Of a DNA stretch of 64,000 nucleotides, positions 1-12,400 are shown piece after piece (the stretch's first letter is position 1; every line of letters starts with the position of its first letter). The notes under the pieces were generated by a model. That model saw nothing but the letters and a program-made list of their open reading frames with translations. It did not search any database and had not been told where the DNA came from. Position numbers and translations under genes: made by a program. This DNA comes from Octopus sinensis (lineage: Eukaryota), in the NCBI RefSeq assembly GCF_006345805.1, contig NC_043014.1, positions 16,740,001 through 16,804,000 on the forward strand. The letters run 5' to 3'.

Positions 1-406
1 CATCTTTTGTATATATGACTATCATTTCCTCAAACAAACACAAACCCTATTCTTTTACAACACAAACTCCAACAAGTCCACTTGTTGGTTCTGCTACGAT
101 CACTATCAAAAAAACCTTGAAATATATTAAAACAGGCTGGACAATAAACCAGATATAACATACTCAGACTGATAGCACCAACAGGAAATGGGATGTGTGT
201 GGCACGGTCCCAGCCTAGATAAAAGCATGACACATGTAATGTACTGGAACAAAGTTTATGTGATTATATTTGTTCTCTTCACTTACTATTTATAAGACAA
301 CACACTCAACTTGACATTATATTTAGTATAATCCTTATTATCAATAAACTTTTTTGTAACACAATCTCTGAAAAATTTATCTTCACCATCCAAAATAGAT
401 ACTTAC

Positions 407-446
407 AAAGAAAGTATGCCTTCCTCTTTTTTTATGGATTCAGCTT
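407..446 (-). CDS. KNL1: KNL1 exon (EAESIKKEEGILS), last exon I can place in the window
   Basis: Acceptor ttttacttttgtag, donor TT|gtaagt, 40 nt, phase 1 to 2. Confidence 0.6.
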
Positions 447-3400
447 CTACAAAAGTAAAAAAGCCATAAAATAAATTATTAATCAACTATATATCACAGA
501 AATATCAGCAAATATGTGTGCACTATAAGTGTATTTTCTGCTATGTTTTCTTAATACACTATTTTGAGAGCACAGACTTATTAGACATAATGTTCACGTG
601 GAATGTAAACACATCAACATCATATATTGCTCAATTCCATGTAAGAAATAGAAACGACAACTTTCACTCACACACGTGCATGCGTGTGTGTATATATATA
701 TATATATATATGAATGGGAGGAGGAGAGCCTGCCAAATGTTGACCCAGTAGAGAGACCAGCTATCCGAATAGGCAGCTCCCTAGTAGATAAAGCAATTAA
801 GGATATGAAACCAGGTAAAGCCCCCGACCCATCAGGAATCACTGCTGAGATGCTTAAAACAGCTGGTTATGCGGGCTATGGCCTAGTCACCCGTATTGTT
901 AACCAGGTAGTTCATAATGGAGTCATACCCAATGACTGGCGTAGCAGCACCATAGTCAACTGCTACAAGGGTAAGGGTGATGCTCTAGATAGAAATAACT
1001 ACAGGGGTATTAAACTGTTGGATCAGGTGATGAAGACCACAGAGAGGGTCATAACCCATCTCATTAGGGAGAGAATTTGCTTAGATGAGATGCAGTTCGG
1101 TTTTGTGCCGGGTAGAAGCACCACTGATGCTATATTCCTGGTCCGACAACTGCAGGAGAAATACCTAGCTAAAGATAAACCCCTCTACATAGCTTTTGTG
1201 GACTTGGAGAAAGCCTTTGACAGGGTCCCCCGATCCCTTATCTGGTGGTCGATGCAGAAAATGTTGATTGACGAATGGCTAATAAGGGCTGTACAGGCTC
1301 TATACAGAGAGGCTGTCAGCAAGGTTAGGATTGGCAACGAATATAGTGAAGAATTCCGGGTAGAAGTAGGTGTACACCAGGGCTCAGCCCTCAGTCCCCT
1401 TTTATTCATCATAGTCCTCCAGGCAATAACAGAGGAATTCAAAACAGGTTGCCCCTGGGAGCTCCTCTATGCTGATGACCTGGCCCTCATAGCAGAATCA
1501 CTACCAGAACTAAAAAAGAAATTTCGGGTGTGGAAACAAGGGTTAGAATCTAAGGGCCTTAGAGTAAATGTAGCGAAGACCAAAGTTATAGTATGCAGAA
1601 AGGCGAACTCAGCACATACCCCATCGGGCAGGTGGCCCTGCTCGAGCTGTAGGAAAGGTGTAGGTAGAAACTCCATAAGATGCACCCAGTGTAAGCTATG
1701 GACGCGTAAGAGGTGCAGCAACATCAAAGGGAAATTAACTGATAAGATAGCTTTCATGTGCGGCAGATGCACAGGGACAATAGACACCACAGACACTCAA
1801 AAATCAGATTCCATCACACTCCAGGGGGAGAAACTAGAAGTAGTTGATAGTTTCCGCTACCTGGGTGACCAAGTTAGTAGTGGGGGTGGATGCTCAGAGA
1901 GTGTCACCACTAGAATACGAATAGCCTGGGCAAAGTTTAGAAAGCTCCTACCCCTACTGGCGACAAAGGGTCTCTCACTCAGAGTGAAAGGTAGATTGTA
2001 TGATGCACGTGTGCGAACTGCCATGCTTCACGGCAGTGAAACATGGGCCGTGACTGCAGAGGACATGTGTAGACTTGAAAGAAATGAAGCTAGCATGATC
2101 CGCTGGATGTGTAATGTCAGTGTGAATGCACGACAGAGTGTAAGCACCCTGAGAGAAATGCTAGGCATAAGAAGCATCAGATGCGGTGTGCAAGCCTCCA
2201 CTGGCTTCTGTGCCGGTGGCACATAAAAAGCACCATCCGAACGTGACCGATGCCAACCCTGCCTCGAATGGCTTCTGTGCCGGTGGCACATAAAAAGCAC
2301 CATCCGAACGTGGCCGATGCCAGCACCGCCTTGAGTGGCTTCTGTGCCGGTGGCACATAAAAAAAGCACCAACCGATCATGGCCGATGCCAGACCCCTCT
2401 GGCACCTGTGCAGGTGGCACGTAAAAAGCACCCACTACACTCGCGGAATGGTTGGTGTTAGGAAGGGCATCCAGCTGTAGAAACGCTGCCAGATCAGACT
2501 GGAGCCTGGGGCAGCCCCTGGCTCCCCAGAACCGTCCAACCCATGCTAGCGCGGAAAACGGACGTTAAACGATGATGATGATGATATACACACACACATA
2601 CATTGGCCTGCTCGCTTAGCCAGCGAGTTGGCGTCATTTGAAGGCTAAAAACAATGCGAAGCACATTGTGACCAGTGATGTGTAGCAACATCTGATAGCC
2701 TGGTCGGTCTCAATAATCAGTGATATACATACACACACACACATTAGGTATGGCTGTGTGTTTGAGGTTTACTTAGCAACCATATGGTTTTAAGTTCAAT
2801 CCCACAGTAGAGCACCTTGGGCACCTTCCACAACAGCGAAGGACAACACAAAACCTATGTGGATTTGGAAGATGGAAGCTAAAAGAAGCCTGTTGTGCCC
2901 CCGTGCATGTGTGTGTGTGTGTGTGTATGCACGCTTGGTTATATTTGCATTTTAGCATGAAAAATGAACACTGCTTGTACATCAGTAATTTACATAACAG
3001 AATTAACAACTGGAAATTGTGTCTGGTGCTGCACTGACAAATGAATCTTTACAATAAGCCAAAAAACTATTTTAATCCAACCCACTATGCTTATGTTCTT
3101 GTAATAACACCTTCCCAAATATTTGGGTAGTAGATGCGGTTGATGCCAGTGTTATGTCATCGGCACCTGTGCCAGTGGCATGTAAAAGACACCCACTACA
3201 CTCTCAAAGTGGTTGGTGTTAGGAAGGACTTCCAGCCATAGAAACCTTGCCAAATCAGATTGGAACCTGGTGCAGCTACCCCTCCCCCCACTTATCAGTT
3301 TTCAGTCAAACTGTCCAAACCATGCCAGCATGGAAATCAGACATTAAATGATGATGATGTAACAACACATATTCTAATACAAACACCTAACCATATAAGT

Positions 3401-6400
3401 GCTAATAGAGTATTCTGTTACAGTAATTTAGGCAAGGTCTCTGTTCTGAGGAATAACTTATGTTTTAGCGGCCTTGAACACTGCTGCCCTTCTTCCTCTG
3501 ACTTATCATCATCCTCATTTTAACATGCTTTTCACAGTGGCAATAGGTTACCTGGGTCTCCATGGTTCTTTTTTATAGGGAGCCCGTGTCCTCATACATT
3601 GGCACCCATATACTTCATCTTGACATGGTTTCTATAACTAGATACCTTTCCTGTCTCCAACCTCTTTACAAAAGTGTATCAGGTGCACTTCATCATGTTA
3701 CTAGGACTAGAAAGGCAGTCATAATCTTGGCTTCACTAAGTCATGCAAAAGCAGTTAAAAAAATTGGAATGGTTTTGTAGAAAGTCTTCAATTATTCAGG
3801 AACCGAACTATTTTCTGGTCCTGAAGAAGAGGCCCAATGTTTGAGATGTAAATTTGGCAATGATTATGCGATACCAGTGATTAAAGTTTTCAGAGAATTA
3901 TACTGATTACACTCACACAATGTAACACACCCCACTTTGCAAAATAAATAATTTCTATTGCATTACTTACCGTCCAGATATTTTCTACCTTCCTTGTAAC
4001 ATTTTATTTGAGCTTCAGAATATTCACTTGTAGAATTTAACAGTTCAATTTTTTCCTCAAAATCTTTCAATGCACGGGGGCACAACAGGCTTCTTTTAGC
4101 TTCCATCTTCCAAATCCACATAGGTTTTGTGTTGTCCTTCGCTGTTGTGGAAGGTGCCCAAGGTGCTCTACTGTGGGATTGAACTTAAAACCATATGGTT
4201 GCTAAGTAAACCTCAAACACACAGCCATACCTAATGTGTGTGTGTGTATGTATATCACTGATTATTGAGACCGACCAGGCTATCAGATGTTGCTACACAT
4301 CACTGGTCACAATGTGCTTCGCATTGTTTTTAGCCTTCAAATGACGCCAACTCGCTGGCTAAGCGAGCAGGCCAATGTATGTGTGTGTGTATATCATCAT
4401 CATCATCGTTTAACGTCCGTTTTCCGCGCTAGCATGGGTTGGACGGTTCTGGGGAGCCAGGGGCTGCCCCAGGCTCCAGTCTGATCTGGCAGCGTTTCTA
4501 CAGCTGGATGCCCTTCCTAACACCAACCATTCCGCGAGTGTAGTGGGTGCTTTTTACGTGCCACCTGCACAGGTGCCAGAGGGGTCTGGCATCGGCCATG
4601 ATCGGTTGGTGCTTTTTTTATGTGCCACCGGCACAGAAGCCACTCAAGGCGGTGCTGGCATCGGCCACGTTCGGATGGTGCTTCAGAGAGCAAAAGCAGA
4701 AAAAGATCTTCAAAATATGATAATGTACCTAAATACAATTTTATTCAACTTTTAATTTTGACATCTTAATATCTAATAGCTGATGGCATATCAGAAGCAC
4801 TTCTTTTTTCCCTAAAAAAATCTTGCAAAAATCTCTCCAAGTCTTATATGCAATGTTGAACCTATATTACATGCTTTAATGCACTAAAAAATATTCACCT
4901 GAACATACGCTGCATTTAATATGCCATCAAATATAATAGCAATTTCCTTTTATACTATTTTCTTTAACTGTTAGATAACATTTACATGATTTACAATTGC
5001 TCACAAAGCCATATTGGTTCTTGGTGTGTATAGAGCACATACCAAATGCAAATTGCCTTCCTCACTATGGCAAATTATCTTCCCCAATCTGTGTTACAAC
5101 ATGTAAACTCAAAGCCTTGTTTAACATGTTTTCCACTTTTTCTATAATTCTTTGTTTAGCATAAAGCAGCAAGCTAGCAGAATCATTAGCAAATCAGATA
5201 AAATGCATAGCAGCATTTCTTCTAGTTCTTTACACTCTGAGTTCAAATCTTGCCAGGGTCAACTTAGCCTTTCATTCCTTCAGGACTAATAAAATAAAGT
5301 ACCAGTTAAATAGTGAGGTTGATGCCATTAACTTGCACCTTCTCTTCAAAATTACTGGCTTTGAACTCTGCAACAGACCAGTGTCCCATTCAGGGAAAAT
5401 GTTGTGATCTCAATCACATGGAAACCCAGGTAACTGGTTTTATGAGGCTTGAGAGAAAAAAAGATATTATTTAGCATAGTGTAATTTTTAATGAAGGATT
5501 TCAATGAAAAAAATTCTTTTGAAAAATAAACGTTTATACCATTATCCAAACTATCTATTTGTTGGTCCAATTTTGAAGTAATGTCCACTAATTGAGAATT
5601 GGCTTTTTCCATCAGTTTCAATTTATCCTAAGGGAAGAGAAAATAAGGAATAAATAATCAATAATCCTTTCTTAACTAGAGTTAATCATTAAGATAATGA
5701 TTCATTATTCACACTATGGATTTAATTTTAATTAAAATTCTTTGGTTCACAAGACTAAATCTATTAGTGCCCACTTTGTAAAAAAATCCTAAATATTTCT
5801 CAAGTCAACTTAAATCTGCAGTAAGTCATACAATGCTTAGCTGATGAGATGTAACAAGATCAAATACATCCAAAGTTATCACACCATGAGTCAAAGATGA
5901 GACACTCTCTACTGCATTCTACCAAACATGTCTTTCCATCAGTTCATGGTACATTCTCCCCCACTTCATTATCATCACATATCTTCCTGTATTTAAGTGC
6001 CTTTAACAGTCTAGCACTTTCACATCAATTAAAATTTCACATACAACAGATTATATTCAGTTCATTCTTCTTCAATTGCTTGATCCCACTGCATGGTACT
6101 TTAAGTATGCATCTTCTATCATAATCTTGAGATGACCAAAGAATTATGAGTAAAACTTGGTTGACTGTATGAAAGCCAGTCAGAGGGACTGTTTCTGTTT
6201 TTGGATAGTAATCATGTTTACTATCATGATCCAGCCTCAGTTGCCTTTAGCAGAGTACACTTCATTGCGAGCATTCAAGATCTACCTAGTATGAGGGTAA
6301 CTTCCTTTCCTCCAAATACCAGTGTGGAAAGTTCTGTAAACATCATGGGCACTGCCCTTACTCGACTGACTAAATTTACCGTTCACCTTTAACTTGTTTC

Positions 6401-9400
6401 AGTCATTGGTCTGCAGCCATGCTAGGGCACTGTCTGCAAGGGTTTTAGAGGAACTGCTGAGTTACAGGGATGTAAACAAGCCAACACCAGTTGTCGAGCA
6501 GGACGTAGAAGGAACAAACACAGACACAAAGAAACACACACACACACACACACACTTGTAGACATCATGCTTACACACAATTTCTCTCTACCAAAATTCA
6601 CTCACAGAGCATTGGTTGGTCTGGGGTTAAAGTAGAACTTGTTCAAGGTGCTGCCTAGCAGGGCTGAGCCCAAATCCAAGTGGTTGCTAAGCAAGCTTGT
6701 TAACCTCACAGCCATATGTTCAAATCCCATTAAAACAGCATATTCTTAATAATGGTATTTTATTTACTTCAATGTATCAAAACTTGATAAGAGTTTATAA
6801 CATGTCCAACTTACTGTGTAGGCTGAAGTCAAGTCATTAAAGTATTCAATTTCTTTCTGCTTCATTTTCTTATCAGTTCTTTGCTTACACATTTTGAAAT
6901 CTGCCAAAAGTTGCTTCTTTATATCTTCTTTCTGCAATTAAAAATAAAATATATTATATCATAAGAAAAAAAAACTGCAGGTAGAAGGTATGAAGATGAA
7001 TATTAGGAAAATAAGGATGTTGATTGCAAGTTGTGAGGTGCAAAGAACAATGAAGCGTGCATATGCAGTGTACAAGAAATGTGCTGGAATGAACTCCATT
7101 GAATGTACAGTTTGCATTGGGTGGGTACATAAAAATATAGTGGTGTGAAAGGTTAATAATAAATAAATACCGTTTGGGAAGATAAATGAAAATGCATACT
7201 GAAAACTTCAAAACGTACTGAACTTGTCTTTTCCCTTTCTTCTAAAACATTTCTGAAACCATAGAGAAGCTCTGGATCTTTAAATTGTTTCATAAATCTA
7301 AAAAATAATAAATATTCCTAAGATTAAACAGAATTGTACATTAAATTTTGTAAATATTTTTGAAGAAATATTTGGTTTTTCAATTTAAACATGTATGCTT
7401 CACTTTAAATGACAAAGAGTACGCAAACACTGCTACAAGAAGTGTTTGCTTTTCTATATGAATGAAGAATTACATCCCTAACCCTTTAGCAATCAAACTA
7501 GCCATATCCAGCCTAAGTATTCTGTGTTATGTTCAAACCAGCCAGATGCAACCTCTCATACCTACCCTACATATGCTTCAAAAATAAGCAATCACATCAT
7601 GAAAATCTCGGAGCTGCAAGAAGATGTATGATTAATTCAAAACAATGTGAATAAATAAGTGCTGTTGACAGAATAATCTGAATGCTAAAGGGTTAATCAA
7701 AATGACTATGAATCTACTTTGGAAAACATTGTCAGAAAGGCTTTCTTAAACTTTGATATTGAAGTATTTGCTGATTAAAAGATTACACTGTTTTGCACAC
7801 ACAAATGCATATACACATATACAATTAGGTCCAAAGACACATTCACACTCAAGCACAAATATGCAGCCACACATGCACAGGCACATACACACACTTGCTC
7901 AGAAGTACATACAGAAATCTGAACCATGAAATGATTTCATACTACAGACAAAAACAAACAATATTTAATATCCATCACCCATTTTTACTGCCCAGTTTTT
8001 TGGGAGGTCATGAAGGTAGAGTCCTTGGGCACCCTCTCCATATGATTCTATTAGAAGCAATTGTCATAAATTTCCTGCTGAATTCCCAAGCATAACCAGC
8101 TAGGACTGTGAATGTTATCCAACCAACTCATTCTTAGTCAACTTTTTGATCTTCTGCTACTGGGTTTGCCTTGAAGAATCCATTTTGGGATTCTTTCCTG
8201 CAACATTTTAATCACGTGCCCATAGTGCCAAAATTGTGATCACTTAATGCAGAGAAATAGTAGCCCTATCTGGAAAGACTCCATAATCTCCAAGATATGC
8301 ACTCTGTTGAATAACATCACTCTAGAAATTCTTCAGAGGAATCCCATTTCATTCTGTTGCATTCCTGATTCTACTTTATCAGTCATTATCCAACATTCAT
8401 GACAAATAGTAAGGATAAGCATAGAAACCAAATTGAAGATAGCAAATTTGTCTATTTGACCAATTTCATTGTTCTGATGAAGATAGAATGCTGAAGCTGG
8501 CACAATACTATAGTGTTGTGCCAGCTTCAGCATTCTATCTTCATCAATTTTTTTGATGAACATAAACATTTTATTTCTTTTTTAGTTTTTAACATTTTAT
8601 TTTTGTGATAAGAAAATGCAGCTCTTTCATTTAAACATTTCATCTTAATCTTTCTTATTTAGGTTACTGAGCCTCATACCATTGAAGAAAAAATGGAGTT
8701 AGCTTGCGTACTTCATCCTGAATATCAGTGTACTTTGAAAAGTCATGAACAGCTGAAATCTGATGGCGAAAGGTAATTTTTTTTCTTTAACTTTGTATTT
8801 AAAATTGCTAACTCCATTTTTTCTTCAATGGTATGAGGCTCAGTAACCTAAATAAGAAAGATTAAGATGAAATGTTTAAATGAAAGAGCTGCATTTTCTT
8901 ATCACCAAAATAAAATGTTAAAAACTAAAAAAGAAATAAAATGTTTATGTTCATCAAAAAAATTTTTATTAAATGGCTTTTTAAAAATATTGTTAAAGTT
9001 CAAACAAAAAAATAATCCAGTAATTCTATAGAAAAAGTAAAAATATTTTCTTTAAAAACACAATATTAGCCACAGTCCATAAAATTTTTTAACACTTTTA
9101 TTAAATAACTTTGCCCTTATTAAGCTTGTATTTGGAATATTTTGATGCAAGATTTAATATACATCCCTTTAAAAGAGGAAATTTATATCATAGAACCAGT
9201 GACAATCCTAAATGGGCAGGTTTTTTTTTTCCATCTTTAATGTTTGTCAATGCTACCATGAGTAAGCTGGTTGTAAAAAGTTTCCATATTTGCATGACAT
9301 GCTGGAGCAGGTATTTTGCTCTGATCAAATGCCTTAAAAAACGCTAGTCTCTTTGGTACCTTTAACAAAATTTCCTCCAATTTGCAGGTAACTCAAATAT

Positions 9401-12400
9401 ATTGATGTGTAATGTATTACTGCAGCAACCCAGGATTTCTTTTCCTTCCATCCCACTCCACCTCAAACAAATGCCTTTTAGAAGTCCTTAACATTTGTTT
9501 TGGGTTCTGATTAAGTCATAAAAAAATTTTTTAATCCTTACAAAAGAAACTTACTTTTTAAATGGATTCAATGTTCACTTTTCCATGTAAGCATGGAAAA
9601 ATGCACATTAAAACAATGATGGTTATGACAGCAAGAAATTAAAAGATGTCATTAATTTCCACTGTTTAAATATTTTAAGCTGTTATGTAAAATAATATGC
9701 AAAGCCAGTAGTAAAAGTAGGAAAATATACAAGTAACAAAAGTAGTTTACCACTGAAGTTTCATATATATTAGATTGCCGACACTCCAATGCGGCATTCC
9801 CTACTCGATCAATACCAACCAGAAACAGAAGATCTTCAATTGTTTCAACTTCCATCTACAATAAAACATGGGTTTGATTAAAACTTTTTTAAAAAGTAAA
9901 TGATGAAAATTATCCTAAATTCTTAAATTTGAAATTTTTACACATCATTATAATCATCATATCTATTTTCCATGTCCGTGGGAGTTCAATAGATTGTCCT
10001 AGCTCTAGTCAGTTCTTAGAGTTATAGCCTCTTTAACATGGTCAGGAGACCACACTTGCCTATTTCATTATATAGAGATGTTTAAGGTAGTGAGCTGGTT
10101 AAATTGTTAGCATACCAGACAAAATGCTTGGATGCATTTTTTCCAACTCTTTACAGTCTGTTCAAATCCTGTCATGATCAACTTTGCCTTTTCTCTTTTC
10201 AGAGTTGATAAAATAAAGTAGCAGTTAAGGACCGGAATTGAAGTAATTGACTGGACACTTCCTTAAAATTGTTGTCCTTGTACCAAAATTTGAAAGAAAT
10301 GATGGGTGTTAGGAAGAGCATTTCCATCTGTATATAAATCTACAATGTCCCCAGAAATCAATAACTTATATATTTTAGTAAGTGCTTTATTCACTATATG
10401 TAGCGAAAATATACTTTTCAAATTCACAATTTATCACTGTATTCAAAGTGGAATCTTCAATTATGATTTTAGTAAATTCTCATATGAAGTTGTATATAAT
10501 CAGGAACTTGTGTACATTATTAACACATGAAAAAGGCTGAATACAAGTAATTTGAGGAAGTAACAAGGTGTGTGTGTATTTGTCTCTTTGTCTTGACATC
10601 ATGTGGTAGTTGTCAACAAGTACCTTTGTCATACAAAAGGTGCTCCTTGTTTCCAGTCTTCTGAGAAAACATATCAGGCCATGAGGGAAATATTATGTTG
10701 CTCCAAAACAAGTGGGGTCAATGACAGGATGGGCATCAGGCTCTAGAAGATCTGCCTCATCAAATTCTGTCTGATTCATGCAAGTGAAAAAGTGGACATT
10801 ATAACAAAGATGATATATGCACTGTATTTATAGCTGCAGTTTAAGTAAAACACATTTTTCTACAAACACTCTTAGATTACACCAAAATATTAATTTCATG
10901 AATTAATATAGATAACAGTAGAGGAAAATTTTGTCTTTCTGGTAACATTTGTTTATCTTTGAGGTTCTACTGATGTAAATGTACATACATACACAAACAC
11001 ACAAACACACACAATAACAGAAAAAGAATAAAACACAGAATACATTTATCATAAGTCTCAATTAAGAGAGGAAACAAGAACTGTTCACATCTAATTTTCT
11101 GCATCTGCAGGAGAACTGGATTGATGGACCACACTTTCACGGTCTGTATTTATACTGAAAATCAAGATTGAGCAAGCATTTGCTCTACAACTGAAGTTCA
11201 TAATGATTTGGTTAACTATTTTTCAACCCCACCATATCTTGGTTTAATGGAATTCATCCCAGTCAAAGGTGACAGTAATCATTGCGTCTGGCAAAAAATT
11301 TTTGCCTAGAAGGATTATCTCAACATAGTAGGCCAAAATATTTCTTAAGTATACATTGGTACTGCTGATTACAAAAACATTCTATCTACTCACGATACCT
11401 TTTTACAGCTTAGTAAACTAAGAAAGAGTTAGGTATATTGGTCAACATATAGACCAAAGTACAAACCTTTCAGCTTGTAAGTAAAAAAACTGTCACTATA
11501 ACCTGTTATGGCTCCTGATCTTGGCAATAATTTTGACATAAAATGTTCTGAATATTGATAAAGTCATTTTCATTATAAAGCATGTTCAAACCTGAAAATA
11601 ATACTTACTAAAGACAAAGGCTTTTCCAAATGGGGAAAGTGCATGTTCATTAAAAGATGACTGCATAATGTAGAGTCTGAGATATTATTCAATGTGGAAA
11701 TGCTGTTTCTAATATCTGTTATACTTCTATCAGTCATCATGGAGCCAGATCTTGAAGGTACTTGTGAATATGGTTGTGGTTGTTTATTTTCCAGTGATAA
11801 ATTCAAAACATCTTCATGAGAAATGTTTCCAATCAAAAAATCAGGTTTCTCATCCATAATATCAGACACCTCTGAAATGATACAAAATATAGTTTATGAA
11901 ATGATATAAAATATTAAGTTATATACTTTCTAGAGTATAGGACCATACATGTTAACATACCTTTCAAAATAAATAGCAGAAACAGAGAATGAGCCTATCT
12001 TCACAGGATACCAGAGAGAAGAGACTAAAATTTCTATGAAAGGAAAAAATAAGAAACTTTTCTCTTTGAACTGCTTTTCCCAATTTTATTAAAACTTATA
12101 CACATACGTAGTTTTCCATGTCAATTATGACGATCCTAATCATTTTATTGAGAAATTAATAATGAAACAGTTAAAAACCTTAAATCTTAAAGACTGAAAT
12201 TTTAGCCAATCAGATTTATCTATTCTCAACATCTCACCCACCAAACATATTTCCTGTATGTTTACATAGCAACCATTTTGGAGTTTAAGGTTTGTGTTTA
12301 ATGTTTATGATTGGTTATAAGTTTGTAGAGCATCACAAAACTTCATTAATTTCCATCTTTAAAGGTTTTGTAACATCATCATTATTCATTTCTCAAAAAA

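Noticed and set aside
164-214. Candidate KNL1 exon LGPCHTHPISCWCYQS, and read-through of 311-446
   Set aside because: The phase fits, but the sequence does not continue the coiled coil, and read-through needs a TAA at 403-405. The next true exon is probably outside the window.
3500-3840. Apparent decayed coding region on the minus strand
   Set aside because: Most of it matches a diverged RTE-tail repeat ending in GATGATGAT.
4760-5200. Several helix-like frames (FANDSASLLLYAKQ.., KEVLLICHQLL.., VKENSIKEIAIIF..) as RWD exons
   Set aside because: They are in the wrong order relative to the coiled-coil exons, contain stops and are not needed for phase continuity.
9040-9520. Long protein-like minus frames; a similar case at 11040-11300, where stop recoding by A-to-I editing was considered
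   Set aside because: Every frame has several stops and there is no recognisable homology; invoking editing at multiple stops is unsupported.
10883-10966. Phase 0-0 candidate exon NLKDKQMLPERQNFPLLLSILIHEINIL
   Set aside because: Weak donor (gtgtaa); the flanking exons join well without it. Needs RNA-seq.
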